Positions 1 through 8,777 of a DNA stretch of 51,029 bases are shown here, one piece after another (the stretch's first letter is position 1; each line of letters begins with the position of its first letter). The notes below the pieces were generated by a model. That model saw only the letters and a list, made by a program, of their open reading frames with translations. It was not told the origin of the DNA and made no database searches. The translations under genes and the position numbers were made by a program. The DNA lies in contig JANMPT010000002.1 of assembly GCA_031370005.1 (NCBI GenBank), positions 1-51,029 on the forward strand, read 5' to 3'. The DNA is from Bdellovibrionales bacterium. Its GTDB lineage: Bacteria; Bdellovibrionota; Bdellovibrionia; Bdellovibrionales; Bdellovibrionaceae.

Positions 1-1
1 C

Positions 2-3000
2 TCAGAAGAGGCCTTTTCTTCTGGTGAGATTCAAAAAGTATTCCCGCAAGATCTAGTTGAGCCTTTGTATGTGCAGAACTATTCAAAATCTGAAGCTGGA
101 CGAGGGTGGCGGATCAACGGGGTTCAGAAAATTGTTAACCCAACTGGCGATAGGATTATGATCGAAGAGGAAAGTGGCGATATTGCGACATATTCTTTGG
201 CAAACACAATCGACACTCTTGCTGATCTCACTGGCAAAGGTGATTTAGGAAAAGGTGTGGGGCTTAATAACTGGCCATTGGTTCAATACATGGACCCACA
301 GTCAAATCAGTACAAACAAATTGATCTAAGCTCAGTTGGTCAAGCCACAGTGATAGCGTCTCCTTTTCCTTTAACAGGGGCGATTGCCGGATTTGATTAT
401 TATAACTACACCCAAACTGTCGTGACCCCGAATTGGGAGTGCCTCCATCATGATTGGACTCGCAGTTGCGATTCCTGGGGCTGGAAATATTATTATTCCT
501 ACAATCCAAGCTCGTCATGCTCGAGAAACCGATACACGTACTCCGTTGCCTCTCAGCCATCGCATTTTTTACTTGCGCAAAATGGAGATCTTTTCGGTCT
601 TGATTACGGCAGAAGCTCTGTGTTTGTTGTTCGTAATGGCACGTCGTCTATGGTCGGAGGCAAGCTCACCAGCGCAAAAACATTTGACAACAATTATCAG
701 CTGCAAAAAGACGACAACAACCAACAACTCCTTAACCTCTGTAACTCCGTAGTCGGAATGAGTTGCGTTGCTGAAACGAATTCCAGCAATGGCAATGCCG
801 GAGCAAATTATGCTTGCGGAGCAGGCCTGTACTCTAGCGGAAGTTTGCCGGAAACTTCAGATTTAAATAACCCCATGGGAATGACAGCTGGACTTGTGCC
901 AAATACTTTAGTTATTGCGGACTCAGGGCACCATCAGGTTAAGATTTTAGATTTAACAACTGGTCAAAGTCGAGTCCTTGCTGGGACCGGAAAGGTTGCA
1001 GATTCAGGAGAAGGAGTGCTGGCAACTGATGCCGACATCTACTATCCGCGCGGTCTGGTCTATGACAAGTACGGGAATCTTTATATTTCAAGTAAGGGCG
1101 GCTACATCAGAAAAGTCGACACCCTCGGAAACATATACACCATCGCCGGCGATCCTACGAATGGGCAGATTTTGGATATGGGGGATGCAAGACAAATGAA
1201 ACTTGTCGAGCCCTATGGAATGGTCATTGATGAATCCCAGAATTATCTTTACGTTGCAGAAACTGGGGCAAATAGAGTTCTGCGAATTGATCTTTCAAGC
1301 GGACAAGCCAAAACTGTGGCCGGGAACAGAACTCCGGGATTTAGCGGAGATAAAAAGTCAGCTCTTGAGGCAAGCCTGAACGCTCCCACGCATCTTGGTC
1401 TTGATGCCAATGGCAACTTATTAATTGCCGACGCTGGGAACCAAAGAATTCGTCGGGTCATATTTCAAAACGCAAGCACAGGAAGCTTGGCCTTTAATCC
1501 TACTAACGAAGATAATTCTAGTCTCTATAGAAACTCCAACGGAACCTGGTCTCGGGTTTATAGGAATGGCACAGTCGTATCTTACGATAATTTTGGCCGG
1601 CAGTATCTTACAAGCGATCGCCTTGGGCGAAGCAGTGAAATGCTTTACGACGACCAAAGCCGACTCGCTCAGATAAAAGATCCACTTGGACAAGTCATTG
1701 TGTATTCCTACTCGGGAACAACACTAAGCAGTATTACTGATCCCGCCGGGAGAGTGACGCGTTTTGGTTATAATTGGGACGGCTTTTTAACTAGGGTCAC
1801 CTATCCAGATGGATCTACAACATCTTACGAATATAGCCTTGATGGTCTTTTGACCGCTGAAATCAACCAAGGAAACGCAAAAACCCAATACCAGTACAAT
1901 GTGCAAAATCGCTTGGAAAAAGTGATTAAGCCGGATGCAACAAATATTGGAATCGCAGATGGAGGCTCACAAACAGCAGTTCCGGGGGCCATGCAAAAGA
2001 TTGCCGACGTTAAAAATGTCATAACTGACTCAAGCGGCAACCAAACAAAAATTGAAAAAGACTTCATGGGATACATTTACTCCATCACCGATGCTGAGGG
2101 GAAAATTACAAAATTAAGACGCGACCTCAAAGGTCGAACTATTGAAATTCAAAGACCGGATGGAACAACACTGCAAAACACCTATGACCCTATTACTGGG
2201 GACTTATTAAAAGTCACAGACACGGCCACCTTGGAGTCAGAAACAAATGTCTACGATCAATATGGCAATGTGACCCAAAAAATTGATTCCAAGGGCTATG
2301 TTTATTTAAGTGAATTTTCATCAACAACGGGTTTGCTTCTAAAATCAATTGCTCCCGGAAATCGAGTCACCACTTACGAGTACAACCCAATGGGGCTGGT
2401 TACTTCAAAAACAATGAGCGCTGATGGGCAGACGCCGCTGACTTCAGCTTTTGAGTACAACAGCCGGGGGCTGGTCTCAAAGAGGATTGCTCCTGACGGA
2501 AAATTCACGACCTTTAGTTATGATTTAGCTGGAAATGTGACAGAGTCAAACTCCCAGAAAGATAATGGCACAATAGCGACCACGAAATATTTTTATAATG
2601 AAATCAATCAACTGATGAAGGTGATTACGCCGAATTCAGAAATCTCGGAGTACTCGTATTTACCAACGGGCGAGTTGACACAAATAAAAGATCCTAAAGG
2701 GCAAATCACATTATTTGAATACGATATAATGGGCAGAGTGACTAAGAAGACCGACCCTCTGGGATTTAGTTATGGGTTTGGCTATGACCCCAATGGCAAC
2801 CTTGCTCAGGAAGTTGACCCCAACGGCAATACAAAACAGTTCACATACACGGCAAACAACAAACTAAAACAAGCCATTTTGCCAGACGACCTTATTAGCT
2901 ATGAGTACAGCACCAATGGTGAGATCCTCTCTGCGCAAAGTAAAAACAGCAGGGCCGCTTACACAAGAGATCCCAAAGACCGTATTCTTTCAGCCCAAGT

Positions 3001-4807
3001 TACCGGCCTTGGTGAAATGCAAAATTACCCAGTTGTCGGATTTGGGTATTCCTATGATGGCAATGGCAACTTGACGACAATTGCCTCTGATCTTGGCTCA
3101 CAGGTTTTTACTTTTGACGAGCTCAATAGGCCAACTCAGTTACAGACCTCATCAGGGAGCACCTTTAATTTTAGTTTCGATGAGATCAGCCGCTTAACAA
3201 GAATCACGCGCCCAGGAAGCCGAACAGATTTTACTTATAATCAAGGCGGCGCTATTGAACAAATCCTGCACTCAAGTAATGGAATCACCAAATCTTTTGC
3301 ACAGTATAGTTACGACCTACGAAACTTCCCCACACAAAAGCGAAGTATTGCCGGAGTTTTGGATTATTCCTATGATCTCAACGGTCAGCTTACCAGCGTT
3401 GCAGGTTCTGGTGGAGCTTCTGCGGAAAAAACCGAGAGCTTTAATTACGACTCCATCGGCAATCGCGTGACAGATCAAAACGGCAACTACGTTTACGATC
3501 AAACATCACAGCGCATAAAAGAGGACTATCAGTATATTTACAGCCACGACAGCAACGGCAACATGACCGCAAAGATTGCAAAGGATCAGAGCAAAGACAG
3601 CTTCAGCTATGCGTACTCTTCAGGCAACCAGCTTATTGGAATTAAGATTAATCAAGGTCTCAGCGGTCCAATAAAAAGAGAAATTCGTTACCAGTACGAT
3701 GTTTTAGGTCGCAGAATACAAAAAGAGTTCATCAACAACGAACAGGTTGAAAAATCATATACACGCAAGTACATTTATAACGGAGACAACATTTTTGCAG
3801 AGTACGACGGAGAGAACAACTTGCTTGCAAAGTACACCCACTCCCCCCTTGCCGCAGACGATATTCTAGAAGCAGAGATCACCTCTAGTGGTGTGCAAAG
3901 TGGTCTTGGAAAAGCAGCTGGCAAATTCCAATACCTCAAAGACGCCCTTGGCACAGTGACTGATATTGCAGATACCAACGGGAACATCGTTCAGAGATAC
4001 GAGTACTCGGCCTACGGTAAGATTTTGAGTATCCAGGATGGAAACGCAACTGACATCACGACCTCTCCGAAACTCAGCACGAGTTTCACTTACACGGGAA
4101 GAGAGTGGGATGAGGACGCGGGCCTGTACTACTATCGGGCGAGGTACTATGATGCGAATACTGGGCGGTTTTTGCAGCAAGATTCGGATCCGGGTCGTGT
4201 AGGTTTGCCCATTTCAACAAATAATAAGTATGCCTATGTTGGAAATAATCCGATCATGATTCTTGATCCAACTGGAAAAACCTGGCTGTCTGATTTTACA
4301 GATTGGGGACATAGAGCAATTGCTGATATTGGAAGCGTTGCTGACCATGTGCTTAAATCTAAAGAGTTAAAAATGATTATTGTTGGTGTAGCTGCAATTG
4401 TGAGTGGCGGGTATCTAGGATTAGTTGCTGCAGGATTTATGGGAGGATTTGGTCTAGGTGCTGCTATTGTCGGTGCCGCGTGGGGGGCCACTGCGGGAGG
4501 CGTTGTTGGCTCAATTGGGTTCACAACATTTGGATTAGGTACCGCTGGAGACGGCTTCGGCTTTGGAGCCGCTCTTGGGGGGCTTGCAGGACTCGGAGCT
4601 GGTGCTGATTGGTTTGGTGGGAACGTTCAGGATTACTACTTGAAAGAGAATTTCAACTTCTTAGCAGCTAATTTTATATCCATTGCGGAGAAAATTCCTT
4701 TTATTACCCAAGGCGTTGTTGCAAATACTATAGGATTAACCGCAGCGTATGGAACTGTTATGTATATGCCTTATCTGACATATAGAAGCTATGGACTAAC
4801 AAAATGA
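2..4807 (+). CDS. Teneurin-like NHL-repeat + YD/RHS-repeat protein (polymorphic toxin), 5'-truncated by the window edge; Gly-rich hydrophobic C-terminal tip
   Basis: Frame is open from base 2 (SEEAFSSGEIQKVFPQDLVEPLY...), so the TTG at 65 is not the true start. NHL repeats (LNNPMGM..VIADSGHHQVKIL; LNAPTHLGLDANGNLLIADAGNQRIRRV), many YD repeats, and RHS core motif FTYTGREWDEDAGLYYYRARYYDANTGRFLQQD...YAYVGNNPIMILDPTG (DPTG at 4265-4276). Confidence 0.93.
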   Translation, partial: SEEAFSSGEIQKVFPQDLVEPLYVQNYSKSEAGRGWRINGVQKIVNPTGDRIMIEEESGDIATYSLANTIDTLADLTGKGDLGKGVGLNNWPLVQYMDPQSNQYKQIDLSSVGQATVIASPFPLTGAIAGFDYYNYTQTVVTPNWECLHHDWTRSCDSWGWKYYYSYNPSSSCSRNRYTYSVASQPSHFLLAQNGDLFGLDYGRSSVFVVRNGTSSMVGGKLTSAKTFDNNYQLQKDDNNQQLLNLCNSVVGMSCVAETNSSNGNAGANYACGAGLYSSGSLPETSDLNNPMGMTAGLVPNTLVIADSGHHQVKILDLTTGQSRVLAGTGKVADSGEGVLATDADIYYPRGLVYDKYGNLYISSKGGYIRKVDTLGNIYTIAGDPTNGQILDMGDARQMKLVEPYGMVIDESQNYLYVAETGANRVLRIDLSSGQAKTVAGNRTPGFSGDKKSALEASLNAPTHLGLDANGNLLIADAGNQRIRRVIFQNASTGSLAFNPTNEDNSSLYRNSNGTWSRVYRNGTVVSYDNFGRQYLTSDRLGRSSEMLYDDQSRLAQIKDPLGQVIVYSYSGTTLSSITDPAGRVTRFGYNWDGFLTRVTYPDGSTTSYEYSLDGLLTAEINQGNAKTQYQYNVQNRLEKVIKPDATNIGIADGGSQTAVPGAMQKIADVKNVITDSSGNQTKIEKDFMGYIYSITDAEGKITKLRRDLKGRTIEIQRPDGTTLQNTYDPITGDLLKVTDTATLESETNVYDQYGNVTQKIDSKGYVYLSEFSSTTGLLLKSIAPGNRVTTYEYNPMGLVTSKTMSADGQTPLTSAFEYNSRGLVSKRIAPDGKFTTFSYDLAGNVTESNSQKDNGTIATTKYFYNEINQLMKVITPNSEISEYSYLPTGELTQIKDPKGQITLFEYDIMGRVTKKTDPLGFSYGFGYDPNGNLAQEVDPNGNTKQFTYTANNKLKQAILPDDLISYEYSTNGEILSAQSKNSRAAYTRDPKDRILSAQVTGLGEMQNYPVVGFGYSYDGNGNLTTIASDLGSQVFTFDELNRPTQLQTSSGSTFNFSFDEISRLTRITRPGSRTDFTYNQGGAIEQILHSSNGITKSFAQYSYDLRNFPTQKRSIAGVLDYSYDLNGQLTSVAGSGGASAEKTESFNYDSIGNRVTDQNGNYVYDQTSQRIKEDYQYIYSHDSNGNMTAKIAKDQSKDSFSYAYSSGNQLIGIKINQGLSGPIKREIRYQYDVLGRRIQKEFINNEQVEKSYTRKYIYNGDNIFAEYDGENNLLAKYTHSPLAADDILEAEITSSGVQSGLGKAAGKFQYLKDALGTVTDIADTNGNIVQRYEYSAYGKILSIQDGNATDITTSPKLSTSFTYTGREWDEDAGLYYYRARYYDANTGRFLQQDSDPGRVGLPISTNNKYAYVGNNPIMILDPTGKTWLSDFTDWGHRAIADIGSVADHVLKSKELKMIIVGVAAIVSGGYLGLVAAGFMGGFGLGAAIVGAAWGATAGGVVGSIGFTTFGLGTAGDGFGFGAALGGLAGLGAGADWFGGNVQDYYLKENFNFLAANFISIAEKIPFITQGVVANTIGLTAAYGTVMYMPYLTYRSYGLTK

Positions 4808-5418
4808 GATACTCGATATTATTAGCGCTTAATTTATTTTTAGTTAGTTGCGCCAGCTTTCAGCATTCGAAATTGGAACCTAGAAGATTTTCAAAAATAG
4901 AGAGTGATGTATGCTTGCGCCTGCAGGTAATATATCGGGAAAATGGAGAAGACCGTATAATATCTGGAGGCCTTCTTGGGAAGGCTGCTTATAATTATTT
5001 TCATCGAGATGGAACGTTCCGATCTGTTAGTATGGTTACAGATCTTAAGCAGTGTCAATCTGACCAACTGATCGTTGATTTGAATTTTCTGAGTTGGCCA
5101 AATAGAAATATCGGGGTGGCCGAGTCAGTGTGGTTTGGCTCTTATTTATTGAGCTTAGGTGTTATTCCATTTTGGGGAACTCGATATATATCTTTAGAAG
5201 CTAAATATACTCTGCCGGGGGATAGTATGATTGTTTCTATAAGTTTGAAGAATTCATATACGGCAGTTTTCAGCATATTGATGTTACCATTAGATTTAAT
5301 ACCCGTGCCCTACAACAGCCTTTTATTTCAGCCTGATGAAATGATATTAGAAGATATGCTTGATAGGTTATTTTTCGAAATTAACTCCAAGATTGTGAAA
5401 CCAGATCAGCGTTTATAA
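4804..5418 (+). CDS. Lipoprotein, putative immunity protein for the RHS tip
   Basis: ATGA overlap with the RHS stop; signal peptide with lipobox LVSC; internal hydrophobic segment (LLSLGVIPFW); AT-rich. Immunity role is inferred from position. Confidence 0.7.
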   Translation: MRYSILLALNLFLVSCASFQHSKLEPRRFSKIESDVCLRLQVIYRENGEDRIISGGLLGKAAYNYFHRDGTFRSVSMVTDLKQCQSDQLIVDLNFLSWPNRNIGVAESVWFGSYLLSLGVIPFWGTRYISLEAKYTLPGDSMIVSISLKNSYTAVFSILMLPLDLIPVPYNSLLFQPDEMILEDMLDRLFFEINSKIVKPDQRL

Positions 5419-5420
5419 AG

Positions 5421-5857
5421 GAGCTTTAATTACGACTCCATCGGCAATCGCGTGACTGATCAAAAGGGCAACATGACAGCAAAGACAGCTTCAGTTATGC
5501 GTACTCTTCAAGCAACCAGCTTATTGGAATTAAGATTAATCAAGGTCTCAGTGGTCCAATAAAAAAAGAGATTCGTTACCAGTATGATGTTTTAGGTCGC
5601 AGAATACAAAAAGAGTTCATAAACAACGAACAGGTTGAAAAATCATATACACGCAAGTACATTTATAACGGAGACAACATTTTTGCAGAGTACGACGGAG
5701 ACAACAACTTGCTTGCAAAGTACACCCACTCCCCCCTTGCCGCAGACGATATTCTAGAAGCAGAGATCACCTCTAGTGGTGTTCAAAGCGGTCTTGCGAG
5801 ATCTGCGGGAAAATTCCAATACCTTAAAGACGCCCTTGGCACAGTGACTGATATTGC
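5421..5857 (+). repeat. Diverged copy of RHS 3' region 3436-3969 with two internal deletions (75 bp and 22 bp)
   Basis: Direct alignment from gagctttaattacgactccatcggcaatcgcgtga to ggcacagtgactgatattgc, with scattered substitutions. Confidence 0.95.
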
Positions 5858-6176
5858 GGAAATATGGGGCGGTGGTATTTCAGGAGCCGGTGGAAATGGA
5901 CTTAATGGTTGGATTTCGTCAAATAAGAGTTATGGCTTTGGTGATGGCCTTACTCTTGGTTCAAGTTCAAATTTATTTAATAAGTATACTCCAGATTTAG
6001 CGACACACGAGTTTGGACATACCGTTCAGTTCATAGGATTGGCAGCTATTGGTAGCGCAACCGGACGTCCGATGGAAAATACATGGGGTATGTATATTGG
6101 TCTTGGAGTTTTAGGCACGAGTAGTTACGGTACCTGGTGGGAAAAGAATGCAGATGCGCTTGGTGGTGTTAAATGA
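5460..6176 (+). pseudogene. Orphan RHS cassette 1: partial RHS core joined in frame to an alternative tip with an HExxH metallopeptidase-like motif
   Basis: Frame open 5460-6176 (track ORF 5709-6176). Homology to the main gene ends at ...GTVTDIA, followed by ...LATHEFGHTVQ...WWEKNADALGG. The DPxG core end is missing. Confidence 0.75.
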
Positions 6177-6682
6177 GACCAATAAAATCTTCTTACCTCA
6201 AGCTGTTCGGACTTTTCTTATTTTCAGCAATGAACATTGGTATAAGTTCATGTGATAGAAATAAAATTGTAATCTACTCATATGAAATTGAAAGTTGTTC
6301 AGAGGTTCAGTTATCGAAGCTTTCTGATAATTTTGAATTTGAAAAATTCAGGTATTCAAAAGCTATGAGTGATATTGAATGTAAAAATCTATATAGATAC
6401 ACTATGAAAGATAAAAATTACGATCCTAATAGTTGGAAAGCGCCAGAACTAGCAGAAAATCCTTACGTAAAATTATACAATGATGGAAAGGTATGCAGGT
6501 TGGATATTGCTTTTACTATGCCTTATTGGCTAGATCAGCCGTACCAAAACACTCCCATGTATTCTGAAAATGCGTTTAGAGCCTTGTCCTACAAGCTTAA
6601 TATAAAAACAAAAGATTTAGCCCCACGATCATCAATTCTTGAAAGTAAAAAGGCATTTCTTAAATATTGTGATATAAATTGA
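6173..6682 (+). CDS. Lipoprotein, putative immunity protein for the orphan HExxH tip
   Basis: ATGA overlap with the orphan tip stop; hydrophobic N-terminus ending ISSC (lipobox-like); very AT-rich; no visible similarity to the first lipoprotein. Confidence 0.68.
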   Translation: MRPIKSSYLKLFGLFLFSAMNIGISSCDRNKIVIYSYEIESCSEVQLSKLSDNFEFEKFRYSKAMSDIECKNLYRYTMKDKNYDPNSWKAPELAENPYVKLYNDGKVCRLDIAFTMPYWLDQPYQNTPMYSENAFRALSYKLNIKTKDLAPRSSILESKKAFLKYCDIN

Positions 6683-6733
6683 TAGGAAAACTTCAGGATA
6701 ATGTCGGAAATTATTTTCACTCTATGTGTAGCT

Positions 6734-7020
6734 AACAACGAACAGGTTGAAAAATCATATACACGCAAGTACATTTATAACGGAGACAACAACTTGCTTG
6801 CAAAGTACACCCACTCCCCCCTTGGCACAGTGACTGATATTGCAGACACCAACGGGAACATCGTTCAGAGATACGAGTACTCGGCCTACGGTAAGATTTT
6901 GAGTATCCAAGATGGAAACGCAACTGACATCACGGCATCTCCAAAGCTCAGCACGAGCTTCACCTACACAGGAAGAGAGTGGGCTAAGGACGCGGGCTTG
7001 TACTACAATCGGGCGAGGTA
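6734..7020 (+). pseudogene. Orphan RHS fragment 2 (copy of 3734-4146 with 27-bp and 99-bp in-frame deletions), no tip
   Basis: Alignment from aacaacgaacaggttgaaaaatc to cgggcgaggta. Lies within ORF 6701-7114 and breaks off inside the core motif (GLYYNRARY). Confidence 0.9.
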
Positions 7021-7159
7021 TTGTGTTCTTCACATACCGGCCATCTGTTCAATACCTCTAAATCCACAACAAACCTCCTTGTTCGTTAATTCAGAAAACG
7101 AGATTTTATTTTAGGAAATCAGAATGAACGGAATGCCGTGCGTGATTTCATAATTTTAT

Positions 7160-7462
7160 CTATCTTGCGTTGGCAGTGCGCTTAAACAGCGCTTCGGCAC
7201 GTTTTTCCACCTTCCGAAGCTCTTCTGTTTTTTCAAACTTACGATTGGGATACAAAATATCGGCAGGATGAGAACCAAAGGCTGCCGCGAACACATCAGC
7301 ATATTGTGACGTTATAGGAATTCTTCCATTTTCAAGGGCGCTGATATTGGTCCGCAAAATTCCTGTGATTTCTTGAAGTTGTTCTTGGGAAATTCCGGCC
7401 TCGACCCGAAGGCCGCGCAAAACTTCTCCTGGCATAAAAACCTTGGGCAGAATCGTCGCCAT
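7160..7462 (-). CDS. XRE-family HTH protein (HigA-like antitoxin/regulator)
   Basis: PGEVLRGLRVEAGISQEQLQEITGILRTNISALENG is a typical XRE helix-turn-helix. Confidence 0.8.
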   Translation of the reverse strand: MATILPKVFMPGEVLRGLRVEAGISQEQLQEITGILRTNISALENGRIPITSQYADVFAAAFGSHPADILYPNRKFEKTEELRKVEKRAEALFKRTANAR

Positions 7463-7477
7463 CAAGTAGTCAGCCCT

Positions 7478-8350
7478 CTACTCACAAGCAAGAGGGTCGG
7501 AGTTTACTTGAACACATGATTTCTCCTTGAGCCCCCAAGTTCCTATTTTTCCAGCGGGACCTTGTGGGCCCTGAATACCTTGAGGGCCAGGCACAGTGTA
7601 GTTATGCACTTGAGCAGAACTAAAATCTAAACCTGCTTCTAAACCCGGTTCACCACCAAAGCCACCCGCCCCCCCAGGTCCTCCTATGCCACCTTTGCCA
7701 CCGCTGCCAGGATTTTTTTGAATTTCAATATTGAAATCTTCTGTGGAGGCGATTTCAATAAAAGCCGTTCCACTGTCGCCTCCTCTTAAGCCATCCCCGC
7801 CGCTAAACCCTTGCAAACCTGGAGCTCCCTGTGCTCCATTAGTTGCCCTCGCGACAAGATACGAGGTATAACCTGATCGATTAAATATGGCAGGCTCGCC
7901 ATTCGCACCTTTTGCGCCTCGAAGAGTTTCATTTGCAGCAGCACCTTCAGCCCCCATTCCTCCCTTTTCACCTTGCATAATAATATTCAGCTTTCCCGTC
8001 GCTCGTTTTGCAAAAAGCTCTAAATGCCCGCCACTGTGCCCATTAAAACCTTGTGCTGTGACTTGATCAGACTTAAAGGTCCGTATGGTCGCATCGTCGG
8101 CAATGAGCTCTTTTACTTCAATACGAACATTAAGCCCCTGTGTGATGAACTGTGCCTTTCGGCCCAAAATAAGGCGGTCATAACGAAGAAGCCTTTGCTC
8201 GGATGGATTTAAAGGAATCGGCAGGCTATACTCATTGTCGACTTTAAGTTCTGTAAGAGGAAGCTCCTCTTGTTGCTTGTGATCGCGAAGCTCCACTGCA
8301 CAACCTGCCTGAAATGCCACTAAAAGAAAAAAATAAATTTTATGTTTCAT
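7478..8350 (-). CDS. Collagen-like (Gly-X-Y) lipoprotein
   Basis: MKHKIYFFLLVAFQAGC lipobox; interrupted G-X-Y runs (GAQGAPGLQGFSGGDGLRG; GPQGIQGPQGPAGKIG). Confidence 0.75.
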   Translation of the reverse strand: MKHKIYFFLLVAFQAGCAVELRDHKQQEELPLTELKVDNEYSLPIPLNPSEQRLLRYDRLILGRKAQFITQGLNVRIEVKELIADDATIRTFKSDQVTAQGFNGHSGGHLELFAKRATGKLNIIMQGEKGGMGAEGAAANETLRGAKGANGEPAIFNRSGYTSYLVARATNGAQGAPGLQGFSGGDGLRGGDSGTAFIEIASTEDFNIEIQKNPGSGGKGGIGGPGGAGGFGGEPGLEAGLDFSSAQVHNYTVPGPQGIQGPQGPAGKIGTWGLKEKSCVQVNSDPLACE

Positions 8351-8537
8351 AAAAGCCCTCCGCAGGAGCACGCTTATACAAACTTCAATCCACTGCCTGA
8401 ATTTATTTTTTCCTATTTTAGGTTCGCTTCACGAATCAATGTCCGACCTTTGGCTGTGAACAGTTCTTGCAGTAAGCCTATTGGTATCAAAATATATATT
8501 ACGGAGTTACACTTTGGACAAATCCCAGACTGAAAAT

Positions 8538-8735
8538 ATGCCCATTCAATATTTCGAAAATGTAGACAGCGATAAGTATCGCGAGTTTATAAACTCTCAA
8601 AGCAATTGCGTACTTTGCGGCTCTGTCCTCGAACTTTCTCACACTACTGATAACATCCTCGGCCATATCCGCGAAGAAGCCCGCTGCCCTTCGTGCGAAG
8701 TTCGCACTCGTGCCCGCTTTTATCCATTAAATTAA
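8538..8735 (+). CDS. Small zinc-ribbon-like protein
   Basis: CVLC...CPSC pairs in about 65 aa; ATG at 8538 preferred over the upstream TTG. Confidence 0.6.
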   Translation: MPIQYFENVDSDKYREFINSQSNCVLCGSVLELSHTTDNILGHIREEARCPSCEVRTRARFYPLN

Positions 8736-8777
8736 CGGCAAAATTGTGACGGCACTTTCGCCAAATTTTTGTTGGTT

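Noticed and set aside
264..4524. Many short ORFs nested in or antisense to the RHS gene
   Set aside because: Alternative-frame shadows with no independent evidence.
3436..7020. Repeats considered as a CRISPR array or a DGR template/variable pair
   Set aside because: They are long coding-region copies rather than repeat-spacer units; differences are not obviously adenine-specific and no reverse transcriptase is present in the window.
8736..8777. Weakly palindromic spacer between convergent genes
   Set aside because: The stem is too imperfect to call a terminator or REP element.
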